A DNA stretch of 32,000 bases from Propionibacterium ruminifibrarum (GTDB taxonomy: Bacteria > Actinomycetota > Actinomycetes > Propionibacteriales > Propionibacteriaceae), in assembly GCF_900289195.1 (NCBI RefSeq), contig NZ_OMOH01000006.1:1-32000 (forward strand), written 5' to 3'. The notes beneath the pieces were generated by a model. The model made no database searches. It worked only from the letters and a program-made list of their open reading frames with translations, and was not told where the DNA came from. A program made the position numbers and the translations under genes. The first letter of the stretch is position 1, and the number at the start of each line of letters is the position of its first letter. Positions 25,854 to 32,000 of the stretch are shown here, in pieces.

Positions 25854-27334
25854 CGCGCAGTCCCTTCCTCGTCATGGCCGATGAGCCGTGCGGTGACGTC
25901 CTCGAGCGCCAGGACACGGCTGGCCTTGACGAGCACGACATCACCCGGGCCCAACTCTAGTGACTCGGCGGCGTCCTCCTTGCCAGCAACCCTGGCATTG
26001 GCCCCTGCCGTCGATCCGGTTCCCGGGGGCCCGCCCGCTGCGCGGGCGCCGTCGACGATGGATCGTGCGTACTCGCCGATGGCGATGATCTCGTCGTAGC
26101 CGAGCGAGGCGGCCAGCGCACCGGCCGCCTCGTGCAGCCCGGTGGCGTCCTGGCCCAGTTCGGCCATGTCCCCGATGATGGCGACCAGCCGGGCCCCGGG
26201 GATCTCGGCCCTTCGGGCCCGGCCCATGGCGGCGACGGTGCGCAGCGCGACGGCCATGGAGTCGGGGTTGGCGTTGTAGCAGTCGTTGATGATCGCGGCG
26301 CCGCCGGGACCCTCGACCAGTTCCATGCGCAGCGGTGAGCGGACGCGGGCCCCGGAGAGTGCCTCGCCCACGCCGGTGAGGGGGAGCCCGGCCGCCAACG
26401 CCATGGTGGCGGCCGCGACGGCATTGGGGACCTGGTGGGCGCCGATGAGGCCGAGACTCACTCCCACCCGTCCGTGCACCCCCTGACGCACTGCGTGCAG
26501 CCCGAACGAGCCGCGTTGGAGGGCGTCCAGGCTGATGTCCTCCGCCCAGACCGCCAGTTCGGCGTCACGGGTCGGCTGACCGGTGACCGACCAACGGGCG
26601 ACGCGGGCGACCGTGCGCCCGCCCATGTCGGCGACCTGTTCGTCGTCGTCGTTGAGGACGGCCCACCCGTCGGCGGGCAGGGCCTCGAGGATCTCGCCCT
26701 TGGCCCGGGCGATGGCGTCCTGGCTGCCGAACTCGCCCAGGTGCGCGGTACCGACGTTGAGCACCGCGGCGACACGCGGCGGCACCACCTCGCACAGCTG
26801 CCGAATGTGCCCGATGCCACGGGCCCCCATCTCGGCGACGAGGAAACGGGTGTTCTCGTCGACGCGGCAGGCGGTCAGCGGAACGCCGATCTCGTTGTTG
26901 TGGTTGCCGGTCGGGCTGACGGTGGGGCCGGCCTGCTCGAGCACCTGGGCGAGCAGGTCCTTGGTGGAGGTCTTGCCGCTGGACCCGGTGATGGCGAAGG
27001 TCGTCATGCCGCGCCCGATCTCCTCATCGACGAGGGCCCGGGCGAGTCGGGCCAGCGCCGCTGCGGCATCGGGCACGAGGATGCGGGTCAGGGGGGCCTG
27101 GGTGTCGTGGCCGAGGATGGCGGCCGCGGCGCCCCGTTCCGCGGCGTCCCCGGCGAGATCGGCGCCGTCGACGCGCTCACCGGGCAGGCCGATGAACAGG
27201 GAGCCCCGGCTGGCCAGCCTGGTGTCGATGACGACATCGGGCCCCACCCGGACCTGGCCGTCACCGATGACGGACGCCTGGGCGCCTGCGCCGGTCACGA
27301 GCTGCGCGATGTGCTGTGCACTGCTGACTCGCAC
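25850..27334 (-). CDS. murF: UDP-N-acetylmuramoyl-tripeptide--D-alanyl-D-alanine ligase
   Basis: It has the Mur ligase P-loop AITGSSGKTSTK and the blocks NNEIGVPLT and DCYNANPDSM. The track ORF begins at ATG 27391, inside murE. GTG 27334 lies 1 nt after the murE stop with AGAGGGGA upstream and is preferred. Confidence 0.93.
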   Translation of the reverse strand: MRVSSAQHIAQLVTGAGAQASVIGDGQVRVGPDVVIDTRLASRGSLFIGLPGERVDGADLAGDAAERGAAAAILGHDTQAPLTRILVPDAAAALARLARALVDEEIGRGMTTFAITGSSGKTSTKDLLAQVLEQAGPTVSPTGNHNNEIGVPLTACRVDENTRFLVAEMGARGIGHIRQLCEVVPPRVAAVLNVGTAHLGEFGSQDAIARAKGEILEALPADGWAVLNDDDEQVADMGGRTVARVARWSVTGQPTRDAELAVWAEDISLDALQRGSFGLHAVRQGVHGRVGVSLGLIGAHQVPNAVAAATMALAAGLPLTGVGEALSGARVRSPLRMELVEGPGGAAIINDCYNANPDSMAVALRTVAAMGRARRAEIPGARLVAIIGDMAELGQDATGLHEAAGALAASLGYDEIIAIGEYARSIVDGARAAGGPPGTGSTAGANARVAGKEDAAESLELGPGDVVLVKASRVLALEDVTARLIGHDEEGTAR

Positions 27335-27335
27335 G

Positions 27336-28928
27336 TCAGTTCCCCTCTGGCACGCCACGATGGCGTTCACCGTCGCCGGCCGCACCCTCATGCAGCCGGG
27401 CCCACTCCTGCTCGATCACCGCGGTGTCGTCGAAGGTGTGGAGCACTCCCCCGATGTCCTGTGTCGTCTCGTGTCCCTTGCCCAGCACGGCCACCGCGTC
27501 GCCGGGCTCGGCCAGGGACAGGGCCAGGGCGATCGCGTGACGACGCTCTCCCCCGTCGATGGCCTCGGCCCGGCCGGCACTCCGCGCGCCGGCGAGCACC
27601 GCGGCACGAATGCTTGCCGGGTCCTCGGTGCGGGGATTGTCGTCCGTGACGACGACGACGTCCGCGTTCTGCGCCGCGATCCGGCCCATCGGCTCACGCT
27701 TCGCCCTGTCACGATCGCCCCCGGCACCGACGACGACGATCGTCCGGCCGTGTACCGCGCTGAGGGCGGAGGCCACTGCCTGGGGGGTGTGGGCGAAGTC
27801 GACGTAGACGCGCGGGGCGTCGCCCGGCAGATGGATCCGCTGCATGCGCCCCGGCACCTGGGCGGTCGCGAGGCCCGGGAGGGCGGAGTCCAGGTCGACG
27901 CCGCAGCGGTCCAGCATGGCCACGCAGGTGGCGGCGTTGGCGGCGTTGTAGCGTCCCGGCAGGGCGATGTCGAAGCTCAGGCGCCGTCCGGCGGCGTCGA
28001 GCTCGACGTGCTCGCCGCCCGTCCCGCTGTCGCCGAAGGCCAGGACCCGGTAGTCGGCCGCGGGGCCGAACCCGAAGGTCGTCAGCTCGACGTCCCCGGT
28101 GGCCCGGACCCGCTCGGCGAGGACCCGCCCCCACTCGTCGTCCGCGTTGATGACGGCCCGGCGGGTCATGCCGGAAGTGAAGAGCCTGGCCTTCGCCTCG
28201 AAGTAGTCCTCCTGCGTCCGGTGGAAGTCCAGGTGGTCCCGCCCCAGGTTGGTGAACGCCGCGACGTCGAAGCGCACGCCCTCGACCCGGTCGAAGGCCA
28301 GCGCGTGCGAGCTGACCTCCATCGCCACGGCGTCGGCGCCTCGCTCGGCCATGACGGCCAGCAGCGCCTGCAGATCGCACGACTCGGGAGTGGTCACCGT
28401 GCCCCGGGTACTGCGCAGGGGCCGCCCCTCCAGCCGGAAGCCGATGGTTCCGATGGTGCCGACCCGGTGCCCCGTGGCACGCAGGGCCGACTCGAGCAGG
28501 AAGGCGGTCGTCGTCTTGCCGTTGGTGCCGGTGATCCCGGCCATGAACAGACCGTGCGAGGGTTCGCCGAACAGGCGTGAGGCGATGTGCGCCATCGCAT
28601 GGCGCGGGGAATCGGCTACGACGAGGGGGACGCCGGCGTCAGCGGCCATGGCCGCGCCCGCGGCGTCGGTGAGGATGGCCGCCGCGCCGGCGCGAACGGC
28701 CTGGGCGGCGAAATGCGCGCCGTGGGTGCGGGTTCCCGGTAGGGCGACGTACAGGCAGCCGGGGGCCACCTGACGGGAGTCCAGCGTGATGTCGCGCACC
28801 ATCACCGTCCCCGCGTCCCCGAGCATCCGCAGGCCGAGGTCCGCGACCATCGTGGCGAGGGGCTGGGGGTCGACGACGGTAGGGCGCAGCGCGCGCTTGC
28901 TGCTGGCGGGCACAGGTGCACTCATCAC
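27336..28928 (-). CDS. murE: UDP-N-acetylmuramoyl-L-alanyl-D-glutamate--2,6-diaminopimelate ligase
   Basis: It has the P-loop [12 protein letters not shown] and the blocks VDFAHTP and GAGGDRDRAKRP-like GAGGDRDRAKREPMG. The DNPR motif (DDNPRTEDP) indicates meso-DAP specificity. The GTG/ATG starts at 28928/28925 overlap the ftsI stop. Confidence 0.95.
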   Translation of the reverse strand: MMSAPVPASSKRALRPTVVDPQPLATMVADLGLRMLGDAGTVMVRDITLDSRQVAPGCLYVALPGTRTHGAHFAAQAVRAGAAAILTDAAGAAMAADAGVPLVVADSPRHAMAHIASRLFGEPSHGLFMAGITGTNGKTTTAFLLESALRATGHRVGTIGTIGFRLEGRPLRSTRGTVTTPESCDLQALLAVMAERGADAVAMEVSSHALAFDRVEGVRFDVAAFTNLGRDHLDFHRTQEDYFEAKARLFTSGMTRRAVINADDEWGRVLAERVRATGDVELTTFGFGPAADYRVLAFGDSGTGGEHVELDAAGRRLSFDIALPGRYNAANAATCVAMLDRCGVDLDSALPGLATAQVPGRMQRIHLPGDAPRVYVDFAHTPQAVASALSAVHGRTIVVVGAGGDRDRAKREPMGRIAAQNADVVVVTDDNPRTEDPASIRAAVLAGARSAGRAEAIDGGERRHAIALALSLAEPGDAVAVLGKGHETTQDIGGVLHTFDDTAVIEQEWARLHEGAAGDGERHRGVPEGN

Positions 28929-30901
28929 GGCTCGTACTCCAGGGGTTCGGTGTCGATCGGGACCTCAGCGCTCGGTAGAACACCGTAGCGCGGAAGGGCC
29001 ATGGACATGAGCATGCGGGAGGTCGGCATGGCAACCGTGCCGCCGTACTGGTCCTGCACCTCGAGGACCGTGTAGACGAGGATCTGCGGGTCCTCGATCG
29101 GGGCGACGGTCACATAGGACGACATGTACCGGTGCGCATCGTACTGGCCCGTCTCCTGGTCGATCATCTGGGCGGTACCGGACTTGCCGCCCATGCGGTA
29201 CCCGGAGATCATCCTGTTCTCCTGACCGGTGCCGCCCGCCGTGACCGCCTCCATGATGTCGCGCACCTCGGCGCTGGCCTGCTCGGAGATGACGCGGCGG
29301 GAGGTGCGCTCCGGCAGGGACACCGCGGCCCCCGTGGCATCGGTGGCGGAGGCGACGACCGTCGGCCGGTGATAGACGCCGCCGTTGGTGACGGAGGCGA
29401 GGGCCGCGGCCATCTGGACGACGTTGGTCGAGAAGCCCTGGCCGAAGGCCATGTTGTCCTGCGTGTAGTCCGCCATCGTCGCGTCGGGCAGGTAGCCCTC
29501 GGCCTCACCTGGCAGTTCGATGCCGCTGGCGGAGCCGAAGCCGAAATCGGTCATGTACTGCTGGTACGTGGCGGTGTCCATCTGGCGCAGCAGCAGGGCC
29601 GAGCCGATGTTCGAGGAGTGGTAGAAGACGCCGCGCGCCGTGTAGTACTTCGTGTCGGCGTGCCTGTTGGAGTCCCGGATCTGGCCATCGCCGGAGGCTA
29701 TCGAGGCCGGGACCTCGACCTTGGTGTCCGGGTCGGCCAGGCCCTGGTCGAAGAGGGCCGCGTTGGTGAAGACCTTGGCGACCGAGCCCGGCTCGTAGGC
29801 CTCGCTGATCGCCCTGTTGCCCAGATCGTCGGGATCGGCCGCGCCCGGGTCGTTCGCGTCGTAACCGGGGGTGGTCGCCAGGGTCAGGATCTCACCGGTC
29901 TTGACGTTCATGATGACCGTCGAGGCGCTCAGCGCGTTGTACTTGGCGGCCTCCGAGGCGATGAGCTGCTGGGCGGAGTACTGCAGTTCGGAGTCGATCG
30001 TCAGCGTGTAGGTGGTGCCGTCGGTGGCGTCCTTGAGGGTGTTGTCCGCCAGCGGGATGCGCCCGTACTGGCCCGACTCGTACTGCTCGTAGCCGTCGGT
30101 GCCGGCGAGCTGTTCGTCGGCGTAGTACTCGAAGCCACCGGCCCCGGTGCCCTCGGAGTTCACGAAACCGACGATGTTCGAGGCGAGCGTGCCCGAGGGG
30201 TACACCCGGATCGGATCGTCCTCGCTGGTGATGCCGTACAGGCCCTTGTTGCCCAGGACGTCGGTGACCTCGTCGAGCGCCTGGCGGAGCTGCTCGTAGG
30301 TGTCGGCGACGACGTCCTCCTTGAGCACCTCGTACTGGTTGACCGAACCGTCGCCGGTGGTGGTCCGCTTGAGGGCCGGCAGGTAGTCGGTGGTCGCGCC
30401 GCCGAGGAAGTTGACGAGCACCTCGGCGATCTGGTGGGGGGTGCGATCGGCCAGGTCGGCGGCCTGCTGGTCGGTCAGATTGTCGGCGTTGTACCCGTTG
30501 ACGCTGATCGAGGCGGGATCGGCTATCACCTTCACTGCGGGCTGGGTGGTCGCCAGCACCTCGCCGTTGCGGTCGAGAATCGATCCCCGGGTGGCCTTGA
30601 TGGTGCGCGTGTGCGTCATCTTCTCCGCCGCCGCCTGGGCGTTGGCCGCCGAGTCGAGGCCCTGCAGCTGAAAGGCCCGTCCGGCCAGCAGGCACAGGAT
30701 CAGGACGAGGACGATCATGCTGGCGCGCAGCCGGAAGGTGGTCGAGCCCAGCCTCATGTGGAAATCGGCCGGGGCGGGGCTGTGCCCCGACCCGCGTGAG
30801 GGGCCCCGTCCGCTGTGGGAGCGCGATGAGGTCGTTCGGCGCGGGCCGGGCTGGGCACCCCGTGAGGAGGAGCGGGGGCGAGGACGATCGGGGGACGCCA
30901 T
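28925..30901 (-). CDS. ftsI: class B penicillin-binding protein (FtsI / PBP3-type transpeptidase)
   Basis: 658 aa with a single TM helix (MIVLVLILCLLAG). Transpeptidase motifs: SxxK (GSVAK), SxN (SSN) and KSG (GKSGTA). It has an Arg/Ser/Pro-rich 48-aa N-terminal tail if ATG 30901 (overlapping the ftsL stop) is used. ATG 30757 is an alternative start. Confidence 0.93.
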   Translation of the reverse strand: MASPDRPRPRSSSRGAQPGPRRTTSSRSHSGRGPSRGSGHSPAPADFHMRLGSTTFRLRASMIVLVLILCLLAGRAFQLQGLDSAANAQAAAEKMTHTRTIKATRGSILDRNGEVLATTQPAVKVIADPASISVNGYNADNLTDQQAADLADRTPHQIAEVLVNFLGGATTDYLPALKRTTTGDGSVNQYEVLKEDVVADTYEQLRQALDEVTDVLGNKGLYGITSEDDPIRVYPSGTLASNIVGFVNSEGTGAGGFEYYADEQLAGTDGYEQYESGQYGRIPLADNTLKDATDGTTYTLTIDSELQYSAQQLIASEAAKYNALSASTVIMNVKTGEILTLATTPGYDANDPGAADPDDLGNRAISEAYEPGSVAKVFTNAALFDQGLADPDTKVEVPASIASGDGQIRDSNRHADTKYYTARGVFYHSSNIGSALLLRQMDTATYQQYMTDFGFGSASGIELPGEAEGYLPDATMADYTQDNMAFGQGFSTNVVQMAAALASVTNGGVYHRPTVVASATDATGAAVSLPERTSRRVISEQASAEVRDIMEAVTAGGTGQENRMISGYRMGGKSGTAQMIDQETGQYDAHRYMSSYVTVAPIEDPQILVYTVLEVQDQYGGTVAMPTSRMLMSMALPRYGVLPSAEVPIDTEPLEYEP

Positions 30902-31458
30902 CAGCCACCGGCCTGACTGCTCTGGACGGCCCCGGGGTCCGTCCCCTGTGCCTCGTCATCCCCCTGGCCCGCCTGATCCTGCTCGTCGGGCAGGGGCGGC
31001 TCGGCGGCCTCGGCCGGCTGGCCGGCCGACGAGGAATTCGCCGACGGGTTGGCCGCAGCGCTCTCGGCGGGGACGACGCCCGGCATCTCGGTGCCGTCCA
31101 TGGCGGCGGGCGTGCCGTGACTCGTGCCATCGGGCATCTGGATGATGAGCGGGTTCGTGTTGGGCACCATGCCGAGCGCCGCGGCCATCCTCGCCAGCGA
31201 GTTCGTGGTGCTGAGCTCGTTCACCTCGCCCTGCAGCGCCGCCTCGTGGTAGGAGGCCTGCTCGGCCTGGTCCTGCAGTTCCTCGAGCTCGGCCTGCTGC
31301 TGCTGGATCTGGGTGCTCAGTACGAGGACCAGCCCGAGGCCGATACCGAGCAGGCCGATGAGCAGCAGGACGAAGGCGCCGTTGGTCAGGCGACGGCCGC
31401 CGTGCCCGTCGGGGGTGAAGACGCGCAGGCGGACGCGACGGGATCGGTGCTGTGCCAT
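30901..31458 (-). CDS. ftsL: FtsL-like septum formation protein (bitopic, coiled coil)
   Basis: 185 aa. It has a basic N-terminus, a TM helix (AFVLLLIGLLGIGLGLVLVL), a heptad-like coiled coil (QQQQAELEELQDQAEQ...LQGEVNEL) and then ARMAAALGMVP typical of FtsL. It sits between rsmH and ftsI. The assignment rests on position and architecture. Confidence 0.7.
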   Translation of the reverse strand: MAQHRSRRVRLRVFTPDGHGGRRLTNGAFVLLLIGLLGIGLGLVLVLSTQIQQQQAELEELQDQAEQASYHEAALQGEVNELSTTNSLARMAAALGMVPNTNPLIIQMPDGTSHGTPAAMDGTEMPGVVPAESAAANPSANSSSAGQPAEAAEPPLPDEQDQAGQGDDEAQGTDPGAVQSSQAGG

Positions 31459-32000
31459 CAGCGCGCCTCCCCGGTCGAGGGCCTGACACGTTCGATGACA
31501 CGCAGCCGCGCCGAGGCGGCACGGGGGTTCTTGGCGATCTCCTCGGCGGTGGGGCGCTGGGCGCCGCGGGTGAGCAGGGTGAACCGGGCGAGCAGGTGCT
31601 CGGGGACGACGGGCAGGCCGGCCGGTGCCAGGTCGCTGGCCGCCTCGGCGAAGGCACGTTTGACGATACGGTCCTCCAGCGAGTGGTAGGCCAGAACGGC
31701 CGCGCGCGCATGCTGGTTCATGCGTTCCAGCATGACAGGTAGGACCCCTGCCAAGGCGTCCAGCTCGCCGTTGACCTCGATCCGGAGCGCCTGGAAGACA
31801 CGGCGGGCGGGATGGCCGCTCTGTCTGCCACGGACGGCGGCGGGCAGGGCACTGATGATGGTCTGCACGAGACGGGCCGAGGTGGTGAAGGGAGCGTGGC
31901 CGCGCTCGGCGACGATCGCCCGCACTATGCGCTGGGCCTGACGCTCCTCGCCGTACTCGCGCAGGATGCGGACGAGTTCGGCGGGCGGGTAGGTGTTCAG
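31458..32000 (-). CDS. rsmH: 16S rRNA (cytosine1402-N4)-methyltransferase, 5-prime end outside window
   Basis: The reading frame is open to the window edge ([30 protein letters not shown]...). It contains the RsmH/MraW blocks FQALRIEVN and [12 protein letters not shown]. Its stop overlaps the ftsL ATG. The gene is partial. Confidence 0.92.
   Translation of the reverse strand: MNTYPPAELVRILREYGEERQAQRIVRAIVAERGHAPFTTSARLVQTIISALPAAVRGRQSGHPARRVFQALRIEVNGELDALAGVLPVMLERMNQHARAAVLAYHSLEDRIVKRAFAEAASDLAPAGLPVVPEHLLARFTLLTRGAQRPTAEEIAKNPRAASARLRVIERVRPSTGEAR

Noticed and set aside
24252-30799. Large plus-strand ORFs (615, 404, 665, 174 and 555 aa) antisense to murD-mraY-murF-murE-ftsI
   Set aside because: All overlap confidently assigned Mur/PBP genes. 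They are rich in R/G/D/P/A and have no recognisable domains.
29892-31130. 412-aa minus-strand ORF spanning the ftsL/ftsI boundary
   Set aside because: It is an alternative frame of two real genes, with R/P/G-rich low complexity.
1-32000. Search for a novel accessory or defence system, mobile element, CRISPR array or compositional island anywhere in the window
   Set aside because: Every sizeable ORF with protein-like composition maps to a recognisable housekeeping family in conserved actinobacterial synteny. There are no spaced direct-repeat arrays, no transposase, integrase or phage motifs, and no low-GC block larger than about 50 bp. Claiming a new system would be unsupported.

Overview
High-GC (about 70%) actinobacterial core chromosome. 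Almost every gene is on the minus strand and tightly packed. In transcription order (right to left) the window holds: the division/cell-wall (dcw) cluster rsmH(partial)-ftsL-ftsI-murE-murF-mraY-murD-ftsW-murG-murC-ftsQ-ftsZ; the ylm block pgeF(yfiH)-sepF-yggT-divIVA; a TraR/DksA-type zinc-finger gene with lspA and rluD; pyk; a plus-strand tRNA-Leu(CAA); pdtaR (ANTAR response regulator)-polA-alkyltransferase-like gene; a plus-strand class-F-sortase-like gene divergent from gabD; rpsA; a nucleoside phosphorylase with coaE; and a SatD-like HTH gene. I see no CRISPR array, transposase, integrase, phage gene, toxin-antitoxin pair or recognisable defence gene, and no compositional island. I therefore find no sequence support for a new biological system here. 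This looks like an ordinary housekeeping region. The findings are modest: an ATL protein (Cys->Trp) tucked behind polA, a missing ylmE/yggS in the ylm block, perfect in-frame direct repeats inside divIVA, an orphan sortase-like gene, several strong hairpins, a probable leaderless gabD, and a small coupled ORF behind the SatD-like gene. Several ORF-track entries are over-extended at the N-terminus because stop codons are rare at this GC content. Where a better start was evident (overlap with the upstream stop, Shine-Dalgarno, homolog N-termini) I give the shorter coordinates. All family calls come from motifs read by eye, not from searches.
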